The notes beneath the pieces were generated by a model. The model was not told where the DNA came from, made no database searches, and saw only the letters and a list, made by a program, of their open reading frames with translations. Below, piece by piece: positions 36,513 to 49,235 of a DNA stretch of 52,720 nucleotides (position 1 is the stretch's first letter; each line of letters begins with the position of its first letter). The stretch is from Octopus sinensis (taxonomy: Eukaryota): NCBI RefSeq assembly GCF_006345805.1, contig NW_021833935.1, positions 1 to 52,720 of the forward strand, given 5' to 3'. The position numbers were made by a program, and so were the translations under genes.

Positions 36513-37464
36513 GATATGTATATATATATATATATATGTGTGTAAGTATACACACACACACACACATGCTAACATGCTATTTAGTTAACTGAATAAATAT
36601 CATCGGTTAAACTCCAATTTGTTGGAAAAGGGAACACTTGACAATTCCATAATATAATCCAACATAATATATACTCCACAGATTGAATGATAATAATGAT
36701 TTCAATGAGGAAAAGAGAAATTCAACTTGATATTACGATCGTAGAAATAAACAGACATTTTTTATTCCATACAACATATACAGATGTCTAATATATACAA
36801 AAAATGTAACATATTCGATTATTTCGAATAATGATATCTGACGAAGTGAATGAACAATTATGGTTTTCTATACTATAATGGAGAAAGCTGATTATTAATT
36901 AGGTATGTAATAATTACTAAAAGTACTAAAAGAAAGCAATTATTAAAGGGTTGATCGCCTGGAAGTATTTTTACAAATTCATGTTCAAAGAAATTTTCCT
37001 ATAATTTCGATTTCTCAAGTTTATTGAATTTTTTAAACTCCAATTTCTCGCAAATTTAAATATTCATTGCGTCCAAATCATCACAAATTTAAATATTCAT
37101 TGCATTCACTGCGGAGTACTCCATTTTCATTTGCAAATCTCTCACTTTCTCTTTTAAGTTTTTATTCGCTATTAATGAATACGTAATGTAAAAACTTTAC
37201 TTAGTAAATGAAAATTTAAAAAAATAAACGTATAATTCTGAACGCGGCATAGCTGTGAGAAGAGCCTAGAAAGTTGGGTAATTACTATTAGAAGACGAGG
37301 AGAAAAAAAACAAAAAGACAAGTACTCGAAAATTGTACCTTATTCACAGTTTCCAAACACAACTTCAAAACTCACACACACACACCCACCAATACACACT
37401 CGTGCACACACATAGATACACATTCACACAAATGAAAGGCAATGAGTGTGTGCGTGCGTGTGCT

Positions 37465-37695
37465 GTTCACTGACAAAACTTCGTGCTGCATCACTTTTGT
37501 GAAGTTCTGTCATTGAACAGGTCACGGTTTCAAAGCGACGAAAATAATTTGACACAAATGAAGTTTTAAGGTTGAAGTGAGACAAACGTTTTTGTGTGTT
37601 CTTGAATGGTTTACAAACATATTTCACACTGCAATTGTTTTTGTTTCAGCATACGATCTCAGATCAAGACACTTGCTATGCAAATACCTCTCCCT
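37465..37695 (-). repeat. Interspersed repeat, unclassified (homologous to 49518-49725)
   Basis: Reverse complement shares GCATAGCAAGTG..TGATCTGAGATCGTATGCTG and TTTTCGTCGCTTTGAAACCG with the plus-strand copy. Confidence 0.75.
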
Positions 37696-38997
37696 AATTT
37701 TTTTAAATCACTATGGATAAATGCCAGCATTGACCATCTCAGGCTCTCATATATCTTAATTTTTAAACAGAAACAATCGGAGGCAGCGAGTGGGGTTGCA
37801 AAAAATTTATAATTTCTCAAATTTTCTTTTTTTATAGCATGTAAATATATTAATGGGGGAAAACATTGAAATCATCAATACATGTGAGAGTGATAAAGAA
37901 ACGAGGAGAGTTGTCTTTAGATGTACTAGATGCAACAGCCAAATCATCCTTAAATTACTTTTCCCTCTGAAAATATTAAAATTAAAAAGAAAACTTGTTT
38001 TTACTAAAAATACTCTTCCCATGGTTTTGAAGTGCAAAAAAATGTTGGCCAAAATAGGTCCGGAGTGGGATGATGAGGGAGGGGTGTAAAAGAAAAGATT
38101 TTTCAAAACTTTTTCATACGAAGATACCCCCTCCAACCCCATCATTTCGCAGGCTGTGATTTAAAAAAAAAATGAGGAAAATTCTCCCCAAAATTTTCCC
38201 AACAAATTTCTTTATAAAGCAGTTTGAAAGGGATTTGTATAAATTTTCATTATAAGATACCCGCCTTCCTGAAATTTATAAAGGAAAAAAGTCAGATTGT
38301 GTGAATTTTCCAAAACTCCTCTCTCCACCCACTCGGTAAAATTATTTCCTTATAAATCCCTATGTACTCTGGAGCCACAACATCTAAGCCGTATTTGTAG
38401 AAAAATTTGTTAATAAGTATCCATTTTTCTGGATTTTATAAGGCAACAAAGTCAGGGACGTATACATCTGTAGTAATGCCCTTTATTTATATGATTTTTT
38501 TCATTTCATGTTTATTTCATTTATTGTTTGCAATGTTCTCTCTCTCACACATACTGCAAAGCCTACAGATGGGCTGCTGAATTGAAATCTCTAAGTTGCT
38601 TTGAGAGGAAGGTAAAACTTGACAAACTGCTTCTCCCTCTATTGTTGGATTACTCTGATGTTTGTTTAAAAAAGAGAGATTTTGATTGTGATAAAATAAT
38701 AACAGCAATATTTACAAAGCGAGTGAGGAATATTATACAAAGAAATGGTTAGACGTAAAATATAAAAATTATTAGAAATGGGAATCAAATGTGAAAATAT
38801 TATCAAGGGGCTAGCAGAAAACCATTCGGACGGTGGTCTTTCTGCTAGTAGTTAAAATAATCGTACCACCTATATTGCATATATTGTATATATGAAATAC
38901 TTATATATATTATAAGAAATAATGTTCGTTTACTGAAACGATTCAAACATCATTTTGGAAATCTCTTCATTGAAATTATTATCACAATGATATACAT

Positions 38998-39070
<73 letters not shown>

Positions 39071-39080
39071 ATATATATAT

Positions 39081-39814
39081 ATTTAATAATGAGGGAGATA
39101 AATTAGTATTAATTTTAATATCAATTTAAAACCAGTAGTCCAGCATACAAAAATCTGAGAAATCCGAGAAAATTCTAATATATGTGTATATTGGCAGGGC
39201 TTACTGCTAGGGAGTCGGCCGTATGCTAGAAATAGACCATCAACGATCAAACTACAAGGAAATTCTCTAGAGGAAAAATACAGCGAACACCAGAACCAAC
39301 TTTGGCGGGCATGACATATGAAAATTTATATTAAAAACAGAATTAAATGCATACCTCGGTTTCAGCCTTAACAAAAGAATTATTTACGTAATTCAAATGT
39401 CTGTGCTTCTTCAGTGCATCCGTTCATTGTGATGTAAACTGAAAAGCTAACCCCAGCTTTCGTGCCAGTACAGACACGTGTGTAGCTTTACCGATTACAC
39501 CAGTGATAAAATTCCAAATGTCTTGGTTCTGGCGCGCTAATAAATTTCTGAGGCGAAGGGCTGCAGTAAATAATTCACTGCGGTCGGTGCTTTGTACTAG
39601 AGAACGTATTTATTTCAATATTTAATAATGAGGGAGATAAATTAATATTAATTTTAATATCAATTTAAAACCAGTAGTCCAGCATACAAAAATCTGAGAA
39701 ATCAGAGAAAATTCTAATATATGTGTATATTGGCAGGGCTTACTGCTAGGGAGTCGGCCGTATGCTAGAAATAGACCATCAACGATCAAACTACAAGGAA
39801 ATTCTCTAGAGGAA
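39081..39814. repeat. Pair of ~194-bp direct repeats (39081-39275 and 39620-39814) flanking a 345-bp spacer
   Basis: Two mismatches seen between the copies; unit bordered by TA microsatellites. Confidence 0.9.
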
Positions 39815-39876
39815 CATATATATATATATATGTATGTATTTATGTAAATACGTATGTATGTATGTATGTATGTATG

Positions 39877-39926
<50 letters not shown>

Positions 39927-40195
39927 CATGCACACACACATACACACACAAACACACACACAAAAACACACAAACACGCACGAACACACACACGAAAACA
40001 CACGCATATATTGAGAAAAAAGGAGGCAGCCAGAATTTTGGATTTTTTTTTATTTATTCATTACTATTAGCGCTTTTAAATTCTGGTGACCTCTTTTTCC
40101 CTCAATATACAATATTTATACACCACTTCTAACACTCCATACATACATACATACATACATACATACATACATACATACATACATACATACATACA

Positions 40196-40227
<32 letters not shown>

Positions 40228-40239
40228 GATATAGATATA

Positions 40240-40700
40240 CAGGAAGTAAATAGACACCTTAATTTTCAAAATCTTTTATTTGATATTAATTGGTTGAAGG
40301 AAGGGTGTTATTCAAGCTGCTCCTCCATAATACCCAAGCTTATGCAGATATATTCTTGGTTAGTCCATGAACACACGTTCTTGGACTAATTTCTAGCTGA
40401 TTTGCAATGCCAGATTCCTTCGAACGGGGTTAGTTTTCCACAATTCTCTTCAAGCAGCGAATCTTCCTTTCCGAGGGCCCGGCCCAGGTCGGTCGGGACG
40501 AGAATATGTTGATTCTTTTCCTTGGTTTTTGAATTGCACTATAATTCTATTAACAGTAGCAAGAGGAATTTGAAGATTTTCGGCAAGTTTTCGCTGGCTA
40601 AGTCCAGCATCAGATTGACCAACAATACGACATCATTGAAAATTTGACAGTACTACTGATTTTTTTGTGAGTAGCATGGTTACTCTTCGCAAATGTTTAA
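40240..40700 (-). pseudogene. Tc1 transposase N-terminal (HTH) remnant
   Basis: [50 protein letters not shown]; no DDE domain. Confidence 0.75.
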
Positions 40701-40821
40701 TATAATGGCACTTAGAATAAAAAAGAATAATTACATTGTAAATTCTACACCACTGAAAACATATTAAGACGCTTAGATCAGAAATTTTGAAAATTAAAGG
40801 CGTCTATTTACTTACTGTATG

Positions 40822-40875
<54 letters not shown>

Positions 40876-43210
40876 CATACACGTATTAAAATTTTACTGC
40901 CCATACTTGTGTACTGCCATGTTTGGATTTATTTGGATTTATTTAGTAAATAAAAGACCAAAGCCCAGGTGCCGCTCATAAATGTTTTTTGCTGTGATGC
41001 AGTTCAATCTGAGATGTTTCCTATTCAGTAGAATGTCTAAATGTTATTTCAGTATGTTGACGCTTCTATGTAGAGTTCTAATTTTGGTGGGGAGATTATT
41101 GAAGAGTTAAGATATTTTAAATTCCAACATCTTGAATCATCTAATTATAAGTGTCATGTAGCGAATGAGACATTTGGTACTATACTGTGGCACATAATTT
41201 CGAGATTTTCATAGCTCCCATTGACAAAAATTTGTGCCAGACCTCCCAAGGTTTCCTAGTTATATATACGACTTTATACACCTTGTTTTTCACACTTCAA
41301 GGTGTAATATTGTAACGTCTTTCTAATTCCTGTACTAACTTAATACAGAAGCATTTAATTGCTTGGCGCTCCGGAGACTATGACACTCTAATATGACAAC
41401 ATTGAAAACAATAATTCGGATGACTGAAAGAAAAAAATATTTCCAAAAGACCAAAATGGTTTCTTTTTATCTTTTAAACGTTTTCGGACACTTTCTAGGC
41501 CAATTTTACTATTTGCATATAACGATATCTCATTCGTAACTTTGATACTCTGGTCTGGCACGTCTTACGTCTCTAGGGTTGTAGTCTGTTTTGTTTTCGT
41601 GCGTAATGGTTGTATTGTATTAGAGGCTGATGGTGAGCTGGTGGAAACCTTTCAAACATCTGTGGAAATTTTTCAACTCATTTATGTAGCTTTAGCACTT
41701 TCGTGGAGAATTCTACAACATCAGGATCGTGGATTCCTTATGATATTTTGATATAATCAGTATGGCTAATACGATCGGAAGTTTGTATAATTAATAACAT
41801 ACCTGAGAGAAGGTTTTGCAAGTAGTTATGAGTTCAAAACTGTTTTCCTCGAGTTATTCCATTCATAATTACTGGGTATCTTGAAAATGAGTCATTTACT
41901 TCGACAATTCTATTTCTGTCTCCTAAAATATTTCTTCTAAATTTCCAACTGAGTCCAGCTAGCTTGTAACATCGCATTACTACTTTATGGAATGCCTACG
42001 CACCGTTGAGTTATAGCACATTAACGTTTAACTGGTTGACCAGCTGTTTCAATTTCTCATTTTAATATTGTAGAGACTGTGTGTGGTAGCTTAAACTCGG
42101 ACGGAGTATCACTTAGAAAGTCGTTTCCTTCTAAAATCGCAAAATAGTTCCTCTCTGATGAATTCGTTTTATGACTTGTTTCATGCTGACATATGGCGTC
42201 AAATAGGCCTGTAAATCCAAACAGCTGTTCTTCGTTTTCCCTTATTGATAGGGCATATTATGACCTCATTCAGATTATTTGGGAGTCTCTCACTTACAAC
42301 CACTGACTATAGAAAGTCAACAACTTCTTTCAAACAATGGCTCAAATTTTTCATTCACTGAAGCGTCTCTTGTTCAAAGCTGAGCAAAACCAAAATGCTG
42401 GTTTTTATCTTTTCGACAGCCGTCGTTTATTTTTCTGCTCTGTTTTTCGAGGAACCAATTTTATAATCAATTTTTTAGAATGACTTCAGTGATATTTTTG
42501 GTTGTTGTTTTTCATTTGTTTTCTTGTAAAAGGATTTTTCGGTGTAAAAGAGTTATTTATTTACTCTATTTCAGATCTTCGCTCTGGATTTCCTCAGAAT
42601 ATTTCTGCCTCTGTAAATTATATTTTTAAGGACATCGACCTTCCCATCTACCCTACCCCTCTTTCTCCCCCCCCTACAGTCTTTGGGACAAATTTATTGT
42701 ATATAACTATCTTTATTGATACAAATTATTTCGGTTTCATGTCATTGTCTTGCGTAGGAAGAATTTGGGGGTCAATTCTGGTAGATCTCTTGAATTAATT
42801 TTCAATAAAAGTTTTGGAAATGCAAACGTACCAGAATTTTTTGTTGGGGGCCGGTCTACCGTTTCTTTTGGAACATACATAATTAAACGCCATTTGCAAA
42901 ACGATATTGGTCAAAGCCAAATATTATTGGTGAAAGACGCTCGTCCGATTCTTAGGTGTCTTCGGCGGAGTCTTTTCTGTGTCAATTGAGAGAACTAGAT
43001 TGTCCGTCTGGGAATAAATCGATCGTTCATAGATTCTTAAGATTTGTACTTTTTTCACCAATATCAGGGATTCTGGAATAAAAAGCACGTAAGGATGGAT
43101 GAATGCTACTTCTCCTTCGACGGAGCCATAAAACAAAAACAAAAAATAGAATAATGAACAACTGAATCGAAGATCTTGAATACTTTTGTATTTGGAGGCA
43201 TAAAGTAATA

Positions 43211-43505
43211 CACTAATCCTTCGCCATATCGCGGTTCACTTATCGCGCACTCAGTACATCGTGGTTCACCTATCGCGCACTCAGTACATTGTGGTTCACC
43301 TATCGCGCACTCAGTACATAGTGGTTCACCTATCGCGAACTCAGTACATCACAGATTTTTCTGGCTAATATATGTAAATTTATGTCGTGGACTTCTAAGT
43401 ATATCCGGATTTCTGCGACCGATAGGTATTTATATTTTTTTAGATTTTAATTATTTTTGTGGGAGGTTTTGGAATTTAACAACCGCGATAGTCCAGGGGT
43501 TACTG
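43211..43505. mobile_element. Tigger/pogo-type MITE with an internal 4 x 30-bp tandem repeat
   Basis: TA-CACTAATCCTTCGCCATATCGCGGTT ... AACCGCGATAGTCCAGGGGTTACTG-TA; repeats at 43231-43350. Confidence 0.85.
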
Positions 43506-43749
43506 TATTTGCTCCACCAAATAGCTTATTGGTGAGACGCGGAGAGATTCTGATAGTCGTCGAACATATAGACACATTCCTGCGAAAATGCGACCACTAA
43601 GGTATTTAAGTTAGTAAGTTCGAAGTCACGCAAAAGAGTGTTGATCCTATTTGGTTAATAATTGTTCCGTCATTCGAAGGCTCTCTTCAGGATCTCTATT
43701 TTAATTTAAGGTTCCTGGTAAGCAATACATTATAGAAGTAATCCTTTCC

Positions 43750-44030
43750 ACTAAAGCCGTACCCACAAAATTTCAGGCCTTGTGCTTATAGTAGAAAGAA
43801 TTATTCCAAAATAGCGATGAGCTGGCAGAATTGTTAGCACGTTGGACGAAATGCTTAGCGGTATTTCGCCCGTCATTATGTTATGAGTTCAAATTCCGCC
43901 AAAGTAGATTTTGCCTTTCTTCTTTTAGGGGCCGATAAATCAAGTACCAGTGAAACACTAGGGTTGATGTAACCGACTCACCACATCCCCACCAAATTTC
44001 AGGCCTCGTGCCTATAGTAGAAAGGATCCT
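43750..44030 (+). mobile_element. SINE family A variant(s)
   Basis: GAGCTGGCAGAATTGTTAGCAC head, GAGTTCAAATTCC, tail AAATTTCAGGCCT(C/T)GTGC. Confidence 0.8.
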
Positions 44031-44241
44031 TTGTGATTAAGCAGCGATGACCATATTTTCCAATTCAGACTTGACAACGTCGGAATTAAAGAGAAATATT
44101 TATTTAGTAGAAAGCTGACATATTCCTAATTTATGTTAATGTCCACAATTTATACTTTATCATTGCATGTTTCTTGTTTTATTCTTTAGAATTGAATGTA
44201 TATAAATAATTTTATTAACAGTTTCTTTTCTTTCTCTTTTT

Positions 44242-44630
44242 CTTGTTTCAGCTCGAGAGCTGCGGCTATGCTGGTGCACAGCTGTTAACTTTGTTACGCT
44301 TTCTTTGTTTGAAATCTCTTCTTATATGCGGCATTTGGTGAATTTGTGAGTTTGATGTTGTTGCCCTCATCTGCATTTCTTGCCATGAAGTAGGTTGATC
44401 CTGAAAACTCGACAGGAAGAGATCTAATTTTGTTTTGGAGACGCCTAAATCCACACCGTGTAGGTCTCTCAGGCGTTTTTGGAGGATTTTTGAAGAGCTG
44501 TTGCAATACGTGAACCAGTATCTTGATGGCGATGCTAGGATCTTTGGCACTATGCATTGGCGTTCCGTCTTTGGTACTATGCAGTGGTATCCCGTTCTAC
44601 TGGTGGTGTAACTTTCAATGCCAATGCTTG
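44242..44630 (-). mobile_element. CR1/L2-like LINE 3' end with terminal stem-loop
   Basis: GIESYTTSRTGYHCIVPK...LRDLHGVDLGVSKTKLDLFLS...TSNS C-terminus, then tail GTGCACCAGCATAGCCGCAGCTCTCGAGCTGAAACAAG. Confidence 0.75.
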
Positions 44631-44928
44631 TTAAAAGCACACATTCACTCTGTGCACGGTTAGAAGATTCGGAAAGCTTGTGCGGAACCCATAGCTCCAA
44701 TTTGTTGAATTCCGTAGACGGGGTCAGAACAGTACTGGAGGGGTATTTTTTGTCACGAACTTTGGAATTTTTTGAATTTTGGAAGAAGCGCCTTGCAAGT
44801 CTACCAGATAAATGGAAGAGCATTGTAGGAAATGAAGGAGAGTATATTTTAGATTAAAAAAGAAATTTGTTTATTGTAATTTTGAAGAATTATAGAGGAA
44901 TAAAAAATACCGTATTATTTATGGGACA
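44630..44928. mobile_element. Rearranged mariner remnant (linker on minus strand, C-terminus and TIR on plus strand)
   Basis: WVPHKL on minus strand at 44630-44710; LPDKWKSIVGNEGEYILD* and TIR ATACCGTATTATTTATGGGACA on plus strand; same family as 16275-17562. Confidence 0.85.
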
Positions 44929-44938
44929 TATATATATA

Positions 44939-44979
<41 letters not shown>

Positions 44980-45043
44980 GGAAATAAATCCAAACTTACA
45001 GGGGAAAATCAGATTTAGGATTGAATCCAATTTTATAGTAAAA

Positions 45044-45109
<66 letters not shown>

Positions 45110-45484
45110 ATATATATATATATATATAATATATATATATATAATATATAAATATATGCATATATACATACACATATGTACATACCTACAGATATATGTA
45201 TATATACATGCATATATGGGTACAGGACATCAAAAAATGTTGAACACAGAGAGAAACGAAAGCATAAGAACAAAAACATAGAAAAATAACTTTTTTCGAA
45301 CAACGAAAAAAACAAACAGAGAAACGAGACATGCAACATAAAGAATATTCCCCTTCTTCAGTTGTCCCTGTTTCATCTACTCCATGTTTCGAGATATATA
45401 TATATATAATATACATGTATATATGTGTGTGTGTATGTTTATACGTACACATGAAATAAATACATGTGTCTGTGTGTATAACAA

Positions 45485-46225
45485 TAATCTTTTCTACTAT
45501 AGGAACAAGATCTAAAATTTGGATGAAAGTGCTGTGTCGACTACATCGACTCAAGTGTTTCACAGGTATTTAACTTATCGACCCCGAAAGGATGAAATGC
45601 AAAGTGAACCTCGGCGGAATTTGAATTCAGAACATAAAGAAGGTCGAAATGCCGCTTAGTATTTTGCTGGACGTGTTAACGATTCTGCCAGCTCACCGCC
45701 TTAATAGTACACAAATAATATTTTCTACTCTAGGCACAAGGCCGGAAATGTTTTGGGAGGGGACCAATCGATTAGATCGACTCCAGTACGCAACTGGTGC
45801 TTAATTTGAAAGGCAAAGTCGACCTCAGCGGAATTTGAACTCAGAAAGTTAAGACAGATGAAATACCTATTTCTTTACTACACACAAGGGGCTAAACACA
45901 GAGAGAACAAACAAGGACAGGCAAACGGATTAAGTCGATTACATCGACCCCAGTGCGTAACTGGTACTTAATTTATCGATCCTGAAAAGATAAAAGGCAA
46001 AGTCGACCTCCGCGGAATTTGAACTCAGAACGTAACAGCAAACGAAATACCTATTTCTTTACTACACACAAGGGGCTAAACACAGAGAGGACAAACAAGG
46101 ACAGACAAACGGATTAAGTCGATTACATCGACCCTAGTGCGTAACTGGTACTTAATTTATCGACCCCGAAATACCGTTAGGCATTTCGCCCAGCGTGCCA
46201 ACGTTTCTACCAGCTCACCGCCTTT
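45485..46225 (-). mobile_element. Cluster/array of SINE family A units
   Basis: Repeated bodies with the same junction (GAAATACCTATTTCTTT at ~45860 and ~46045) as the 21 kb array. Confidence 0.88.
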
Positions 46226-46809
46226 ATATTAATACAAATAATAATATAGATTTTTAACGTCAGCTATGTATCATTTTAAATACCTACCAGAAAGAAGAGT
46301 TGGTACTTTCTGAAAATCACTTTACCTCAATAACCTTGACATATCGCAACTTGAAAATAGTTTCAAACATGGCATTTCTCAACGAAAGATTAATTGTTAT
46401 ACAAAACTGAGTGAAAGGGTGATGAAATTTTGAGTGTTAAATTTCTCGCCCTCCTTCGTTTCTCTTACTGCATTTAATGATGGTGAGTGTAGCAAGTTTA
46501 GCTTCCTGCTTTTATATTTGTTCTTTTTTCGTTTTTGTTTTTTTTTTTCACATTTTCCTGTCTAACAACAATATATTACAAGGATGAGAGAGCAAGGAAA
46601 ATATCGACACCAGTCCGGCTGATCCTTCTTGCCTATCCGCGAAGATATTTTATAAATGGCATCTGATAAGGCCCCAGTAGCATATGTGTTGTGTATACAG
46701 ATAGATAGACAGACAGACATGTACATACATAAGTATATATTAGAATTTCTTTGAATGTACCTACACACACACACACACACACACAAAATATATAATTATA
46801 ACAAGAGTG

Positions 46810-47125
46810 AAGGCACATGGTTCAGTGGTAGAGAGTCGAGCTTACGATCGTGAGGTTGTGAGTTCGATTCCAAGACCGAGCTGTGTGTTGTGTTCTTGAG
46901 CAAGACACTTTATTTTACGTTGCTCCAATTCACTCACCTGTGGAAATGAGTTGCGACGTCACAGGTGCCAAGCTGTATTAGGCTTTGTTTTCCCCTTGGA
47001 TAACAGCAGAGGCTTGTATGCATGGGCGACTGCTGGTCTTCTATAAACAACCTTACCATGACTTGTGCCTCAGAGGGTAACTTTCTAGGTGCAATCCTAT
47101 GGTCATTCATGACCGAGTGGGGGTC
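46810..47125 (+). mobile_element. tRNA-derived SINE (D-like head, different body)
   Basis: TGGTTCAGTGG A-box, GAGTTCGATTCC B-box, GTGTTCTTGAGCAAGACACTT core. Confidence 0.85.
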
Positions 47126-47620
47126 TCCTCCTCCTCCAGTTTCGAATTATAACAAGAGCACCAATGAGTAGCACCGCTTGCTAGAAATAGACGCCACATG
47201 GCTCTAAGAACTACGTTATTTACAACATTGGCACGGGCTGAAAGCGAGAGAAGTGAACAAAAAAGACTATATATTCAAGGGTTTAACCATACATCGATTT
47301 CTAGTCTTGGGATCTAACTCCTTTTACCGTCATCAGCATGGTACAACTCAATGTACATAATTAGAAACATTTATATATACCCATACATCTATCACGTACC
47401 CACAAGCGTCTAGAAGCCGTGGTTGAAGCCAATGGCAGTTTTATTAAATAAATTTACTCTTTAGTATTTCAGGATATTTTTGTGTAATTTTGTTAAATAT
47501 ATCTGTTAAAATAAGATATCAGTGTTATTTTCTTTTTTACGTAATATAGGCGACATTTTATCAACGTACTGTATACATATACAAACATACATACACACAC
47601 ACACGCACGCACATACACAC

Positions 47621-47728
<108 letters not shown>

Positions 47729-47998
47729 ATATATATATGTACGCATGTTTGGAACATACCCAGCAATGGAACTGTGAAGACTATAGCTCGTATTAGTACT
47801 CAATGGTCGTGTTGCACCGAGTTGTTCTGCTTATAAATAGTATAAAGCATATATATATATTTTGATTTTTTGATTTTTCCAGTTTCAGCTAATGAGCTGT
47901 GGCCATGCTGGGGCACCGCCATATATATATATATATATATGTGTGTGTGGTGTGTGTGTGTGTGTGTGTGTGTGTGTATTTATATAAATATATATAAA

Positions 47999-49103
47999 CA
48001 GGCGTTGGACAAAATAATGGAAACACCTGGCATCATAGCATCATAATTTTGAAAAATCTATAGAACAGTCAAAAGCTTTTTTATTTTCATGTTTTCTGAT
48101 GTATTAATAGTGTTGCGTAATATGTTTTGCTAAAATTGCTGTTTGCAGAAGTACTATCTCGAAAGTAATGACATCCTTTGAGGAAGAGGGTAAAACTTCC
48201 TTGTCGAAAAAAACTCCGGAAGAAAACCAAAACTTTCAGATAGGGACCGTCGGACTCTTACGCGAATTGTTTGAAAGGATTACAAAAGTACAGCTCCCAA
48301 AATTACTGCAGAGCTTAATGACCACCTCCTGAACCCAGTTTCCACAAAAACTGTTCGCCGGGAGTTGCACAAAGCCAGATCTTATAGGAGGACTGCAATC
48401 AGAAAACTACTACTTTCAAAAACAAATGTTGCAAAGCGTTTAGAGTGGAGTAAAAACCTCCAGAATTGGAAGAAAGTTATTTTCTTGGATAAGTCATTCT
48501 TTACCATATTTCTGACCACTGGCTGAGTATACGTGTGGAGACAGCAAAAAAAAAAAGACATTTGACCCAGACTGCATTCTCCCAACTGTTAAACATGGAG
48601 GAGGATCTGCGATTATCTGGGGGGGGGGCTATATCTTGGAAACCGCCAGCCCAACGGTTTCCCTTCATGGCAGAATTAACAGTCAAAACTATTTAAGCAT
48701 TTTATCTGATCAAATTCATACTATGGTTCGGAACTGTTTCCGGAGGGAAACGCAATCTTTCATGATAATGCACCAATTCACATGGCTAAAGTTGTTACTG
48801 AATGGCACAAGGAACATTCTAGTGAAGTTGAAGATCTTATCTGGCCCCCACAGTCCCTAGATCTCAATATTATTGAACATTTATAGTGCATTTTAGAAAA
48901 ACAAGTAATGAGTCGATATCCTCCACCATCATCACTACAAGAACTGGAGACTGTTTTATATGAAGTATGGGCAATTTAAACTTTATACTAGTCCATACCT
49001 CGTAGAATTCAAGCTGCAATTACTGCCAAAAGCGGTCTTACCACATATTAAAATAAATTTGTTTGAAATTTTAAGGCGTTTCTATTATTTTATCCAACCC
49101 CTG
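47999..49103 (+). mobile_element. Tc1-like transposon with DD36E spacing, defective
   Basis: TIRs CAGGCGTTGGACAAAATAATGGAAACACC / CAGGGGTTGGATAAAATAATAGAAACGCC; SGRKPKLSDRDRR, TVKHGGGS, HDNAPIH (D at 48764), 36 aa, then E (48875) after WPPQSLDLNII. Confidence 0.92.
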
Positions 49104-49198
49104 TATATGTATATATATGTGTGTGTGAGTTTGTGTGTGTATTTACACACACACACACACACACACACATACATACATACATACATACATACATACGT

Positions 49199-49230
<32 letters not shown>

Positions 49231-49235
<5 letters not shown>

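Noticed and set aside
37853-38089. 78-aa ORF with a CxxC motif
   Set aside because: No second cysteine pair or recognisable domain; AT-rich, repeat-like context.
43004-43030. MNDRFIPRR resembling the CDC20/Cdh1 C-box
   Set aside because: The frame has stops on both sides and no WD40 repeats follow.
41800-43140. Ciliate-code (TAA/TAG = Gln) foreign DNA
   Set aside because: TGA stops occur in the same frames, and a host-type MITE is inserted in the region.
43231-43350. CRISPR-like 30-bp repeats
   Set aside because: The units are contiguous with no spacers, lie inside a MITE, and there are no cas genes.
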